From the NCBI RefSeq assembly GCF_000981445.1, contig NC_027217.1, positions 496,001 to 560,000 of the forward strand: a stretch of 64,000 nucleotides of DNA. The letters are read 5' to 3'. This DNA comes from Babesia bigemina (taxonomy: Eukaryota). Below are positions 45,701 to 57,600 of the stretch, piece after piece. A program made the position numbers and the translations under genes. Within the stretch, counting starts at the first letter, position 1. The number at the start of each line of letters is the position of its first letter. Below the pieces are notes generated by a model, which made no database searches, had not been told where the DNA came from, and worked only from the letters and a program-made list of their open reading frames with translations.

Positions 45701-46099
45701 CGAAGCCTCCAAATCGGCCTCCGCCGCCGATTTGAACCTGCGGGACCGCTGCTGGTTCATCTTGGCCCGAGGCGCGACGCCGTCGATGGCAAGGAACAGC
45801 AACTTGCGGGGGCGCACCAGGTAGAAGAGACGGTCCAGGTAGTCGAATATACACTGGAACATCACCTCCTCCGATGGCGGCTGTTCCAGTCCTTCGGGGT
45901 GGCAACAGGGGTGGATCAGACCGTTCATGTCTACATAGAGATTGTCGAATTCCCCGTTCGGGTTCGGCATGAGCAGGTCCATCCCGAAGGATTCCACGTC
46001 GCTGAAGTCCACATCGCGCTCGTTCAGGTCATCCTTCACGTCCTGTACCACACGCGGGTACCGGCTGCAAAGCCAGCGATAAAAGGTCGGTACTCCCAT
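42761..46099 (-). CDS. XRN2: 5'-3' exoribonuclease (Xrn2/Rat1-like)
   Basis: MGVPTFYRWL, FDNLYVDMNGLIHPC, AIDGVAPRAKMNQQRSRRF, DSNVITPGT, PGEGEHKI, HGMDADLIMLGLATHE and GNDFLPH. The size and low-complexity tail fit Xrn2 better than Xrn1. Confidence 0.93.
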   Translation of the reverse strand: MGVPTFYRWLCSRYPRVVQDVKDDLNERDVDFSDVESFGMDLLMPNPNGEFDNLYVDMNGLIHPCCHPEGLEQPPSEEVMFQCIFDYLDRLFYLVRPRKLLFLAIDGVAPRAKMNQQRSRRFKSAAEADLEASTYEKVAAEFASKNIVVPPKEKRWDSNVITPGTPFMHELSRRVVSFIEERRRVFESWSRIHVIYSDPNVPGEGEHKIMNFIRNQRHSPQHDPNTRHVLHGMDADLIMLGLATHEVNFYIIREIAVIIPTTRKPEQEIRKAVLAAQANPLSGCTKLRSDKSYRSMLRQNWKPMQFLRIPVLREYLSHQLYFPAGWSGGGGSIAFERCIDDLVLMCFFCGNDFLPHLPSVSIPGGSIDQMILLYQSVLPDLGDYLTNEGEINFPQVERFVSFIARVEDDVFRTEQDFKQRQKARRAQQESQKAAADESSRDTHHAQNSDRSLSTRGTAPSGANPSKVGGSPDEVPHTTNGHGTASSVGPLKGSDGSSASETDNADCKSAASMSELDVAAAFKKRCDELLKAHREIADPVEPIDLSLNDSKLWKAAYYRQKFNLSETDDVSAFAATVAAEYVKGMCWVLRYYYQGCASWGWFYPFHYAPFCSDLKFEGMEFSFDYGEPYTPFQQLLSVMPIRSAHCLPGELRHLMTDPESPIASFYPTQFREDPNGKRYKYQWVALLPFIEEARLLQLARPLEASLPPELQDRNRVRKDVLFVGSGGTGALVGELTCEGDRCEFVSKADKKHQSVLLDGAQLPSRVLRIEDLMEEGRNRGFNCDVAKRMITNVLGRGPSRGGGGAEKDRDVLRNFGRDFHQTQNAYNPHHHPSQNAYNPHHHPSQNAYNPHHHPSQNAYNPHHYQTHHDGSRRDAHRAYNGAGRRTGAAQRGFAVPQMQPFHGTPTPTPAPGHYDPYGMGGANRHHQQQNRGYAQPSGHYNPQGRSVAHLNAGDAAQHHYGAGGRRDGDGNRDLHGSRGQRPTHTHPIGHDRDGRVAGRFHPGGPPPNGGRRPNDAYPPTHQGGQGFSRSAHSSQREQNAGAPRKHGQPNYLAGHKLERPKRPPVHAVGGPPPHPPSTERAQAGNTEPAPQKRALDAAEVPPAVKPSPASRHG
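43514..43637 (-). repeat. 33-nt in-frame tandem repeat (about 4 copies; QNAYNPHHHPS) in the Xrn2 tail
   Basis: gggttgtaggc recurs at 43521, 43554, 43587 and 43620. Confidence 0.95.
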
Positions 46100-46632
46100 C
46101 TCACGGGATGCGCCGCAGCCCGCACGGAACTGGCGTGCGGTGGGCCCTTAGAAAATGAACGCCGCTGGGAGTCGCGGCGGCGTACGGAAAGTGGATGTCT
46201 CAACGCTGGCGGAGCTACTGGAATCTTGGGTGGCAATCCAGCCGCTGCTGAGACGCGCTACACGGCGCCCAGCAGCTCACACATCCCTATACAACAGTCG
46301 GCTAGTGCAGCCTGTTTGGCGGCGGGGCGCCCTGGCGACCTCCGGGAGCTGATGCGTGTGGTCGCTAACACAGATGTGCGTGAGCCCAGCGCGCGGATTA
46401 AACCTGCGCGCCGGATAATTTAGTGCTTAGGTGATCAGTGCGTATGATGTGTGTTTTATAGACGGGTGCGTAGTCTCGCTGTTCGGCGATAGATTGTGCT
46501 GACACCCGGCGCATCGCTGATGTCAGGGCCTCGGGCGCGGGGACGTTGACCACGATCACTTCACTTCCGAAGAAATAAAAACGAGACATCACCTGATCCC
46601 ACGCATGCTTTCTTTCATAGAAAAGCGGCATC

Positions 46633-47650
46633 ATGGGAGTCGAGGCGACGCTCATTTGCGTCGATAACTCGGAGTACTCTCGCAACGGGGACTTCTCCCC
46701 GAGCAGGCTGGCCGCGCAGGTCGATGCCAGCGGACTTATCGCAAGCGCGAAGCTCTCGGAGCACTTTGAGAACACTGTGGGTATCGTCTGCTTCGCTGGC
46801 CGGGGCTCCAGGCTCATCGCCGCGCCCTCAAACGACCTCGGCACATTCCTCTCCGGGCTGCAGCTGGTCACACCTTACGGCGAGAGCGAGTTCATCAAGG
46901 GGATACAAACCGCCCAGCTTGCGCTCAAGCACAGGCTCAACAAGTCCCAGCAGCAGCGCATCATCTGCTTCTTCGCAAGCCCTATCAAGGAGGACCGCAC
47001 ACACTACGTTATGCTGGGGAAACTGCTCAAGAAAAACAACGTCTCCATCGACATCATCAACCTGTGCAACGATGTGGCGACCGAGGAGAAACTCGCAGCG
47101 CTCCACGCCGCGGTCAACAACAACGACACCTCGCACTACCTCCACTGCAAGGCGGGGGGCGACATGCTGCTCAGCGAGATGATACTCAACTCGCCCATCA
47201 TGCAGGGCACGGACGTCGGCGGCATGGCAGCCGGCTACAACTCAAACCTGGGCGACTTCGGCGTGGACCCCGAGATGGACCCGCAGCTCTACATGGCACT
47301 GCGCATGTCCCTGGAGCAGGAGGAGGAGCGCGTCCGCAAGGAGACCGCGAAACACGCCGCAAACAACGGCGCCGAGCATCCGACGCAGACGCTGACCATC
47401 GCCGACGTCGAAAACCAGATCAAGGACATGGCGGCCATCCAGATCGTCCCACTCCCGAGGGTCATGGAGATGGTCATGACCTCGGAGGGAAACCCGGAGC
47501 TGCTGGAGTCGCTGATATACTCGCTGCCGGAAGTCGACCTGGAGGACGAGCGCTTCAAGGTAAGCAAATCCACCGCCACACCCTACACCAACGTTGCAGG
47601 AGCTGGTCGACAAACTCAAGGAGCTCCTGCCCATGCTCCCGCTGGGATGA
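46633..47650 (+). CDS. RPN10: 26S proteasome ubiquitin receptor Rpn10
   Basis: vWA domain EATLICVDNSEYSRNGDF, AQLALKHR and the UIM FGVDPEMDPQLYMALRMSLEQE. Intron at 47560-47599. Confidence 0.96.
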
Positions 47651-48431
47651 TTTTTAACATGAGGCACACGGCCTGCCCGGCGCAACTGCAGCTCGTGGGG
47701 GTTGTGACACTTTAATGACAACGTAGCTGAACACTCATTTCAAAAAAAAACGAAATGGCAGCTCCGATGTGTCTGCGGGGTACCCGGATTTCCTAGTGGA
47801 GCGCACGCATGCAGCACTTCAGGAAACACCAACGTGCGCACGACTCGTCCGATCGACATCGTTTCAACGACACGAAGAAGCAGGGGAGGTGGATCGGAGG
47901 GACACTCTTCAGTTGTTACCATCCATTTGGTCAGAAGGCGAAGACGAAATGGCATCGCAACCCGCTACGCACGTATAACTGTAACAACTGATGGAGGGAT
48001 GGCTGACGCACTGGTGTATCGGCTGGAGGCTCTGTTAAGCTAGTGGAACGTATTAGACACATCGACTGTTTTGTGCTATCAACCAAAGGTGATACGGAGG
48101 CGATGCAACACGATAAATACGTAAGCAAAACCATTATTTTTACGGCGTGTATGCGTTAGACGCGCCGCCAGTGGCCACCATCCGCGGATGTGTAACGTCG
48201 ATAGGCATTAGGCGCTGAGCTGCGTCCTCCGGCACTGCGGTTGAAATTGCCGGCATTTCACGTGATCAACAGTCCGATAATAAAGAATACAAGCTGCTTG
48301 CAAAGTAACGTGTATGTGAAGGGCCGTGCCCTCGTCTACCGCGCCGGGCACACCCTGCACATCTGAGCCGGACCGCTCTGCCACTACAGATGCCTATCAT
48401 ACGCCGGACTCAATTCAGAAGATTTGTGAAA

Positions 48432-49768
48432 ATGAGTCGTGTGTTCGCCTCGCCGCTGCACGGCGGCCTCGAGTTCGACGGCGAAGAGGAATGCTACAAA
48501 ACGAGCACGGGCTTCGAGTTCCACCCGGGGTCGTGCGCCGCGAAAAACTCCATCAGGGAACGCCTCAACGCACACTTCGCTCCCTCGCTCGCCGAGCCGC
48601 GGATACCGGTGGCGGAGGCGCTGGAGCGGGCGTGCAAGCTCTCGGTCGAGTGCATCAAGACCGAGGAGCTGCAGGCGTTGCTCGAGCGGAAGGACTACGT
48701 GCCGATCAGCTACGATGGCTTCGAGCCCTCGGGCAGAATGCACATCGCCCAGGGCATATGCAAGGCCCACAAGGTCAACGAGCTGAAGAAGATGGGCATC
48801 CGCAGCGTGATGTGGATCGCCGACTGGTTCGCCGTGCTCAACGACAAACTCGGCGGCGACATGGCGAACATCAGGCTGGTGGGCGAGTACTTCAAGCAGG
48901 TCTGGCGCGCGTCGGGGATGGACATGTCCGCCGTTGAGTTCCTCTGGGCGAGCGAGGAAATCAACAAGAACCCCGACCTCTACTGGAGGCTCGTCATGGA
49001 CATCAGCCGGTCGTTCAACATCACGCGGTTCAAACGCTGCAGCGAGGCCTTGGGGCGTGCCGAGGGCGACAACAGGCCGGCGGCGTCCCTGCTGTACCCC
49101 GCCATGCAGTGCGCCGACATCTTCTACATCGGGGCGGACATCTGCCAGCTGGGACTCGACCAGCGCAAGATCAACATGCTCGCCAGGGAGTACTGCGAAC
49201 TCAAAAACGTGGGCGCCAGGCCGATCATCATGTCGCACCACATGATGCCCTCGCTCGCGCACCAGGGGGGCAAGATGTCCAAGTCGGTGCCGAACTCGGC
49301 CATCTTCATGGAGGACACGGAGGCGGAGGTCAACGCCAAGATCAAGAGCGCATGGTGCCCGGAGAAGGAAGTGACGGACAACCCGTGCATCGCCTACTTC
49401 GACCTCATCGTGTTCCCGCATTTCAAGACGGTCACCATCCCGCGGAAGCCCAAAAACGGAGGTAAGCAATCGGTAGCACGCCACCGGCCATGCCCGCGGA
49501 CGGCGGACTGGCCAACCACCGTGTTGCGGCACAAACTGACACCCATGCAGGCGACGTGACCTACGACTGCCAGGAGAAGTTGGAGGAGGACTACAAGTCA
49601 GGAGCGCTGCACCCCGCCGACCTCAAGCCGGCGCTGGCCAGCTACATCAACCGCCTGCTGCAGCCCGTCAGGGACTACTTCCAGAACAACCCCGAGGCCA
49701 GCAAGCTCGCGAAGCAGGTCGCGGAGCTGCAGAAGCTCAAGGCACCGGCGGAGGAGAAGGACAAATAG
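48432..49768 (+). CDS. YARS: Cytosolic-type tyrosyl-tRNA synthetase
   Basis: YDGFEPSGRMHIAQG, IADWFA, YPAMQCADIF, QLGLDQRK, KMSKS and LHPADLK. Intron at 49462-49550. Confidence 0.96.
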
Positions 49769-50021
49769 AGGACCATGAGGGCGGCGACGGCAGGCGCGCA
49801 ACCCGCCCCTCACCCTCACAATGCAGCATAGCGGGTGCCTGACGCGAACCGCAACACACGCAATAATCACGCTAAATGCACAGCAGTGGTGTCTAGAAGT
49901 ATTATACTGGGTTCAGTGTCTTCGACGCCTAGACCCCGTTGCTCCGATCGTCTGCGGCTGCGCCGCCCAGATGGCGCCTGAGACGTTGCGTGGCGCCATC
50001 CCGGGCCCGCGCGCGTGCCAC

Positions 50022-51128
50022 TCAGTCGCTCTCAGCAATGTGAGTCAGGTAGGTCTCAATCTCCTGCTCGCTGAGCTGGCGGAACACGGGGTTGTCGCGG
50101 GTGCAGATCGCAACCTCGATGCTCTTGGCGCCGTTAAGCTGGTCGTACGCGTCGATGGCGATCATAGCCTTGATGGCCTCGACAGTGACCCGCGTCTCAG
50201 CGCCGCCGGTGAGGTGGTGCGACTCGGTGTCCACCTCGAGGTCAGACTTGACCTTCTCCTTCAACGTGACGGTCTCACGCTGCTTCAGGATGCGCTCCAA
50301 CGCGTTCTCGCCTTCCTGGTCCTTTGCGCCCACGCTGCACGCCTACGGCGTCGTGTGTCAGGAGCACAACGCCACTCACCTTGTACCCGCTGAACCATCC
50401 CGACGCGTCGAATTTGTAGATGACCGGGCCGTTCTCCTCGTCGATGGCCATTATCAGGCCGGCTGCGGCGGTATGGAGGCACGGACTGGCAAGAACTCAC
50501 TGCAGGCGCGGAGGCGCATGTACGCGTGCTGGGTGTAGACCTGGTTAATGTCCGCCAGCTTCTCGCACAGCACACGCGCGGGGATGTTGCATCCATACTT
50601 GTACTGGTACTCGAGCGCGATCTCGCGGCTCTTGTAGAGAATGCTCATACAGTCGCCTGCAAACAGTCAGTGGCAGTCCAGTTTGGCTGTACATGGGCGG
50701 GGCAAGCGGGTAGAGCGAGCCCGGAGCAAAGAACGGACGCACATGGATCGTGAGACAAACGGAGCGGCCGAAGCGGCAACACCTACCTGGAAAACCGATG
50801 AGAAGGGCCATGACCTCGTCAGTGATGTGGTAGAGGTGCGTAACGGAGGACTGGTCAAGCAGCACGTCCTGAAAAACTTGTACGCCGGCACGTAGACCAC
50901 CAACCTGATTGCCCTGCTGGGCCGACAGCTTTTTCTGCGAAACCACTGCGATCGCGTTGTCATCCTTCACGGCCAATCCAGTCAGGTTGGAGCATTTGAC
51001 CGCCCGGAGCGCGTACTCTGCGAAAGCTGCACAGGACCACCCGGCGACCTACCGAGCTGGTACAACTTGCCATCGGGAGAGAAGATCGTGATGTGGCGGT
51101 CGTACCCTACATTGTTAGACCGCACCAT
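50022..51128 (-). CDS. PSMA6: 20S proteasome subunit alpha1 (alpha type-6), multi-exon
   Basis: GYDRHITIFSPDGKLYQL|EYALRAV, EYQYKYG..IP..LCEKLADINQVYTQHAYMR and GYK|ACSVGAKDQE. Confidence 0.95.
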
Positions 51129-51621
51129 TTTTTCTAAGTGCGTAAAAATGGAACGTGACCTGCCGTCCGCCGGCGACGTGCGCAGCCTACGTGCGACGTG
51201 TTGTTGGGGCCGTCAAGCGACCGCAGTGCCCGAAAGGCGCGAAAACGCGACACATTACACGTTAACCGCCATTGTATGGCCGGATAAGTTAGTTGGCTGT
51301 CGGCGGTGCGTTTGCCAAGACCGCGGCTATGGACAGACACACCCGTACGGCAGCCGGGGCTGTCTGAGCCTTCTCAACTACGCGTGCACTTACGCACGCA
51401 ACGTTGCAGCGTAGAAGCTAGAAATCGTGTATTTAGATGCAGCGGGGTGGGAACAATTCACACATCCGTCGTTATCGTTGCCAATTTGTGGAACGAGTCC
51501 TTTCCTTGCCTAGGCATCCGGAGTACGCTGGCGGGGCTCCTACCAGCACCTAGCGATTACGAGAGTCGTATACGTGCATAGTGCGCCTTTTGTCTGTTGG
51601 AGTTCATAAAATCGCCATAAA

Positions 51622-54507
51622 ATGCGAAACCCATTTAGCCTGTACATCCGTGCATTCCACCATGAGCTGTGCCAAACCGCTTGCTGCAGGCGGCTGTTTT
51701 CCGGAACTAGCACTGGGTCGCAAGTGCGAACGGTCGTGTATAACACCACAATCGCAAGCTACGTGCGCCTGATGCGTCAGATGGACCCGCCCTTTACGCA
51801 GACAAAACAGGAATGGTGGACCTCGCAGATCGAGGAGGGGTTGATGCGTGGGCCACGACCCGCAGCGCGAAGGAAACGCGAAAAGGGAGATGCAGTCGCT
51901 ACAGCCCTGGATAACTATGAGTGGGCTCTCGAAGAAAACCGTCGTGATTTTGAACGGGTTTCGGATGTGGTGCGAAGGGAAGCTGCTAAAATCACTGACG
52001 GGATGCAAGAAAAATTGGAATATGAAGTCATCGGAGATCACGCTTATTTCGTCGTAAACAGCAGCGCGTTCAATCACGAAGGTGGACGTGGGCAAGCCGG
52101 CGGTGTAGTGGAAGATGAGGACCGTGTATGCCTGGTGAGGGCGGGCCTGCCGAATCGCAGGGGGATGAATCGCAAAAGGCAGCCGAGGGGACAGCCATCA
52201 GAAGCCGATGAACCTTATATCATCGGCAGACAACAGGGCGTCCTGGACTTCGGGAACATCGTCGATGGGAGAGGCAACCTCGTAAGCAATATACGGAGCA
52301 TGCGAGTAGGGCAAACGCGTCACCCGAACGCCGTACTGGCCCTAGTTCACGACGCGTCTAATCCTGATATGGGCAAGGAAGTGCACTTCGTTGCAATAAA
52401 CTGCGTGAAGAAGAAAGGATACCACCCGAAAGGCGGTGCGAAAATACGGAATGTTCCCAAGGTGTTGCCTGACTATCTCACCGGAGTGGACGAACTGCAC
52501 TTCCTTCCGCGAGGAGGGGCGAGAGACAGGCACTGTGCCCGTGTGTTCTATACGCTAGTTAACGAGCAAGAAAGGGCTTGGCAGCTGCGAGTAGCCTACG
52601 TATGCACAAGCAACGGTAAAATCACCAACGACAGGCCCGTGTACACCGAACGCGACCCGACAAAATACGTCGCGATCCACAAAACGAAGGATGGGCGGAT
52701 GCTGATTGTGGCGGCGCTTTCGCATGGCCGGACGTTTGAAACCTTCTGCATAAAAGCCAACGCAACTCCCAAATTGTACCGCGTGCCGTTGGCCTCTGAT
52801 ACCAAGGCGTTTCTGGAGCACAGGCAAAATCACTTGTATGCTGTCCGCCACGTCACAGTCAATGACACTGGAGATATGGAATCACGAGCAAGTTTGAACT
52901 ACCGGAAATTCGCATCTATGGACAATGTTAAAGCGCAGGGGATCGACTCATCACGGTACGACGGTGGATGCGTGCATGGAAAAAATCAGTGGCATACGCA
53001 CGACACGTCATTGTTATGGGCGGTGTCAAAGATGGACGACAGAGCACTGATACCAAACTTCAAAAGAAGCAAAAGAGTGGAAGCTGTTGCTGCTCGTGCT
53101 TGTGGTGAGATTTACCGTGGTGGATCCGGCCGGTGGAAAACGGTTGCGACTTTTGACCACCGAGTCGTTGCCGACATAGACATGATGTATCGCGGACTGG
53201 TTATATACGCCATGGCACCCCCTTCTACGCCAACCATACTTGTGATGCCCTTTTGTGCATTGAAATCACGCGGCAAAGGAATCGATGGACGCGGTAATCG
53301 CAACGGGCTCTGTGAGGTCGACCTGCCCCTCAGGGTTGGGGCCATCGAACCCCAAGGAAACTCAAACTTCGGAGCAACCAAGGTGGCAATTGTTATCAAT
53401 GCGCCTGGGACGCGTGATATCAAGTGCTATCTAGATCTAGATGTTGTCCGTGAAGCCAGCAGTAAAACGGATCCTCGGCGGGGCAATGGTGATAGCGAGA
53501 CCAAGGCAGCATCACGGGTGACCGAAGCACGTAGCAGGAACCCAACGTTCCAGGGCGCGGAGCTCCGCAACAACGTTGTAAGATCTTCCCTGCAAACGCT
53601 GACGTGCGTTGGAGACGTGCCAAGCACACACCACCATGTCTGCCACGTAGCTACAAGAGATGGTACCTGCAGGGTGCCGGTCACCCTCATCAAGAAGGCT
53701 TCGAATACGCAAACGCGGTTCGCTGCAGCAGATTCGGTGCTATCTAGTTTTCAAAATACAGGGAATAAGTGCGTAGTGTATGTGTATGGCGCATACGGTC
53801 AGTGCCTTCAGGTCAACAATGACGTCGAGCACAACGTTCTGCTGGCTCTGGGATACACGCTGTGTTTCGCTCACGTGAGAGGAGGGGGGGAAATGGGTAA
53901 CAGTTGGCACGTCGATGCTACCAAAAGCGAGAAACACCGCGGGATCACAGACCTCGCGGATGTGCTGGAATTCCTTCTGGCAAAAAGCATAGCCCAGCGC
54001 AATAAACTCGCCATTGCTACCACCTCTGCGGGCGGGGTCCTTGGCGGGTGCATATACAACATGCTCCCAGGTTTATGCAGCTGCGTACTGCTCAAGCTTC
54101 CCTTCCTAGACGTCCTGGATGCGATCGCGGACCCGTCCAAGCCGCTGACGCAGCTTGAGCTCGAGGAATTCGGCGGCATGGATGACATCAGCGTCGATGA
54201 AGTCTACTCATATAATCCGTGCAGCAACGCCAGAACCAAGGCCGGCGCGAAGCCGGCGTTGGTCATCCAGTGCAACGCGGAAGACGCAAGGGCGCCCTGG
54301 CGGCACAGCGCCGGCTTCGTCGCGCTCAACGGCCGACACTGCAGCAACATTTTCATGAAGATCACGCACGGATCCCATGTGGACGGCTCTAGCCAGGAGG
54401 AGCGGTTGCAGCTGATAGCCGAGAGGGTTCAAATCCTCGAGCAGCAGCTCGGAGAAGAAGGCCGACTTGCGTGCCGCGGAGCGGCTGAGATCAGCGACTA
54501 TCTATAA
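51622..54507 (+). CDS. Prolyl oligopeptidase family S9A protein (oligopeptidase B/PREPL-like), possibly mitochondrial
   Basis: VYVYGAYG, AHVRGGGEMGNSWH, nucleophile TTSAGG, PFLDVL, PLTQLELEEFG, SYNPCSN, EDARAP and a C-terminal His. The N-terminus is Arg-rich. Confidence 0.88.
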   Translation: MRNPFSLYIRAFHHELCQTACCRRLFSGTSTGSQVRTVVYNTTIASYVRLMRQMDPPFTQTKQEWWTSQIEEGLMRGPRPAARRKREKGDAVATALDNYEWALEENRRDFERVSDVVRREAAKITDGMQEKLEYEVIGDHAYFVVNSSAFNHEGGRGQAGGVVEDEDRVCLVRAGLPNRRGMNRKRQPRGQPSEADEPYIIGRQQGVLDFGNIVDGRGNLVSNIRSMRVGQTRHPNAVLALVHDASNPDMGKEVHFVAINCVKKKGYHPKGGAKIRNVPKVLPDYLTGVDELHFLPRGGARDRHCARVFYTLVNEQERAWQLRVAYVCTSNGKITNDRPVYTERDPTKYVAIHKTKDGRMLIVAALSHGRTFETFCIKANATPKLYRVPLASDTKAFLEHRQNHLYAVRHVTVNDTGDMESRASLNYRKFASMDNVKAQGIDSSRYDGGCVHGKNQWHTHDTSLLWAVSKMDDRALIPNFKRSKRVEAVAARACGEIYRGGSGRWKTVATFDHRVVADIDMMYRGLVIYAMAPPSTPTILVMPFCALKSRGKGIDGRGNRNGLCEVDLPLRVGAIEPQGNSNFGATKVAIVINAPGTRDIKCYLDLDVVREASSKTDPRRGNGDSETKAASRVTEARSRNPTFQGAELRNNVVRSSLQTLTCVGDVPSTHHHVCHVATRDGTCRVPVTLIKKASNTQTRFAAADSVLSSFQNTGNKCVVYVYGAYGQCLQVNNDVEHNVLLALGYTLCFAHVRGGGEMGNSWHVDATKSEKHRGITDLADVLEFLLAKSIAQRNKLAIATTSAGGVLGGCIYNMLPGLCSCVLLKLPFLDVLDAIADPSKPLTQLELEEFGGMDDISVDEVYSYNPCSNARTKAGAKPALVIQCNAEDARAPWRHSAGFVALNGRHCSNIFMKITHGSHVDGSSQEERLQLIAERVQILEQQLGEEGRLACRGAAEISDYL

Positions 54508-54680
54508 ATATTCTTTCAGTAGGATTATTAAAATGTGATCACATGCCTGTCTTGTATACGCATTGAATAGTTGGACGGACTATCTGCAGGCCGACGCGCC
54601 GGGCACACCGACTGGAACGGACTCGCCGAAACTCAAAGCGGAGACAGGTGAAGTCATCCAACACACCTACAATCGCAATC

Positions 54681-57600
54681 ATGACGAGCCTCTACGATAA
54701 CATTTCGGACTTCTGGACCTCGGATGAGGAGCAGAAGGACGAGCCGAGACCCAATGAGCTCAGCCTAGGAACAGTAAGACAGGATGCAAGCGCCTTCAAA
54801 AGGGAATATCATCCCCTGGACTTCTCTCAAGCGTTCACTAACCCGCTGGATTCCATGTCGTGGGTGCCGATAATGGATCAGGCGGAGCTGAAGGACTCCC
54901 CGTTCGACCTACTGGATAAAGATGACCACGACAGCTGCTTCGACATCGACGTTGACCTGCTGGAAAAGCAGCTGTTTGGTGACTCCATGGACTTCGCCGA
55001 CAATGAGCCCGAGTTCAACCTGGCAGACATGGCGACCGAACTCGACGCCATGACACGCGGAGGCGTCGACCAACTGACTGAGCCTCATTTGGGGCAGACA
55101 GGAGCAAGCAACGTCGAGATAGCTGCAGAGCAACCACAAGGTTTGTATGCATTATTTGTATATTGCATTAATGTTGAGCCAACAAGTGGTTGGATTTGTC
55201 CAACGGGAACTCAACCGCTTTATTATATTACCTGATGCACCAACTTAAACGCCGTGCAGAGCCGTGGCCAGCCTCACAGCATAGGACATCTATAATCAAG
55301 ATAAAGCCTGTTAATGAGTCTGAGGAGCCAGTAGAGGCGGCCATGGTAGTGCCGAAGCCGGATGACGAAAAGAGCTACATACGCACCAAGTGGTCAATCG
55401 TTGACGACTCCTCGCTACCGGAGACTGAAAACTATATAATCGAATACCCATTCGAGCTTGACGATTTCCAGAAACGTGCGATCCACCACCTCCACAGGAT
55501 GAAGCATGTTTTCGTGGCGGCACATACGTCGTCGGGGAAGACAGTGGTAGCGGAGTACGCCGTGGCGCTCGCCATAAGCAGGGGGAAGAAGGCCGTGTAC
55601 ACTAGCCCCATCAAGGCCCTCAGCAACCAGAAGTATCGCGAATTCACGAAACGGTTCGGAAGTGAAGCAGTCGGTATCATCACGGGTGACGTCTCGTGCA
55701 ATCCGAACGCAGCGTGCCTTATAGTCACGACCGAAATTTTGCGCAACCTCCTATATAGAGGAGATGCCATAATCGGGCAAATAGGAGTTGTCATTTTTGA
55801 CGAGGTCCACTACATAAACGACGTCAACCGCGGTGTGGTGTGGGAAGAGGTGTTCATCATGCTACCCAAGTCGCTGCAGTTGGTCATGCTCAGCGCCACC
55901 GTGCCCAACTACACTGAGTTCGCAGATTGGATAGGAGCCATCATGGAACGCGAGGTCATCACCATAGTCACAAGCAAGCGTCCGGTGCCGCTCATGCACT
56001 TCTTATACATATACGGGCGCGTCTTCCTGCTGCTGGACAATAAGGGCTTCAACAAGGACGCGTATCACCAAATGTACAAGTACTCCACGCTAACAAAGAG
56101 CGGTAACGTAAAGCGCACCACCTTCAAGGGCCACGTGCAGAAACTCCAGCGGCTCATCAGGTTGCTCGAGACGGCGCACAAGCTACCAGTGGTGCTATTC
56201 TGCTTCAACAGGGCCAAGTGCGAGGCATATGCACGGGAAATGCCCAATCTCAACCTGAGTTACACCCAGGTACAGCGGTCCCGGATACACCTCTTCCTCA
56301 AGGAGTCGCTCAGCAGCATCAGCGAAAGCGACCGAAATCTGGCGCAGGTCAGAAGCATCATAAAGTTGCTCTACAGGGGGATCGGCGTGCATCATTCGGG
56401 CTTGTTGCCACTTATGAAAGAGATAGTAAGTTTTTGTGCACTGAGGAACTGATGGCCCGCAGGTGGAGATACTCTTTTCCAGAGGACTCATAAAAGTGCT
56501 CTTCGCAACGGAAACCTTCGCCATGGGGGTGAACATGCCTGCCCGGTCTGTGATTTTCACCTCCATACACAAGCACGATGGACAAAAGACGAGGCACCTC
56601 ACTGCCTCCGAGTACACGCAAATGGCTGGGAGAGCAGGCAGGAGGGGCCTCGACTCGTTCGGAAGCGTTTACATATTCTGCCCGGATGACCCGCCGGACT
56701 TGCAGGACCTCACCAACATGATGTTCGAAAAGTCGACGAAGCTGGAAAGCAGGTTTAGAATCACCTATAACATGCTCCTGCAAGTCCACTCGAGAGAGCA
56801 CATGAACATCACGGAAATGATGCTGAAGTCGTTCAAAGAGAATGACAAAATGAAGAATATTCCTATCTTCAAGCGTGATGGGGTGCGCAAACGACAGGAG
56901 CTGCTCACGCTGCCAAAGGTGGACTGTATATACGGCGAACCCAGCATCGAAGAGTACCACCGGCTAGATATGCTCTCTAGGCGTATCGCCAACAGCCTCC
57001 ACGAAAATCTCTGGAACCACAGGGAGAACGCGCAGATATTCAAAGCAGGGCGGGTCCTAATGGTCCATTCGCTAGGGTTTTGCAACACAAGCTCCTACGC
57101 GTGCATTATCGCGTCCTCAAAGGGCAAGGCTCTCGAACTCAAGGTCCTGTTGCTGCTACCGGACTTGTACGACGAATCCAAAGCAACGGGGACCATACAT
57201 ACCACCATTAGTGCGTACAATCACGCGGAAATCAGGTTCGCGATTTGTGAGTCTATCGACGTACGCAATGTCTCTTTTGTATACAACAATGTAGTCAACG
57301 TGAAAAACACGAACGCCAGCTTCGGAGATACCAAGGAAATCGGAGTGGCGCTCATGGCGTCTGTAGCGTCAGAGCTGCACAAATTGGTAGACACCAAGAA
57401 ACTGGAGCTCCTTGTGTTCAACAAGCAGCTCAAGCAGACGTCGCTGCAGTTCTACGGGGTTGTGCTCAAACAGCGCGACATATACCACGAGATGTCGAAA
57501 AACAAGTGCACCAACTGCCACCTGAAGGACAAGCACTATTCCGTGCAGGCGCGCGTGAAGGAGTGCCAGCGTGAAATCGAGGAAATCAGCGCCAACCTTA

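Noticed and set aside
12558..46423. Many long antisense or alternate-frame ORFs (e.g. 12558-13697, 25579-26766, 31294-32760, 31728-33182, 34476-35771, 38819-40417, 45365-46423)
   Set aside because: They overlap well-supported genes and have no motifs of their own. They are the expected by-product of strong GC3 bias, which depletes stop codons in other frames.
47651..48389. Small ORFs or an ncRNA between Rpn10 and TyrRS
   Set aside because: The ORFs are short with no codon bias or motifs, and I recognise no tRNA or snRNA pattern.
16098..56462. Apparent frameshifts or pseudogenes at ORF breaks (coiled-coil, RAP, Prp3, TyrRS, Ski2)
   Set aside because: The breaks I traced are resolved by short GT-AG introns that restore the frame.
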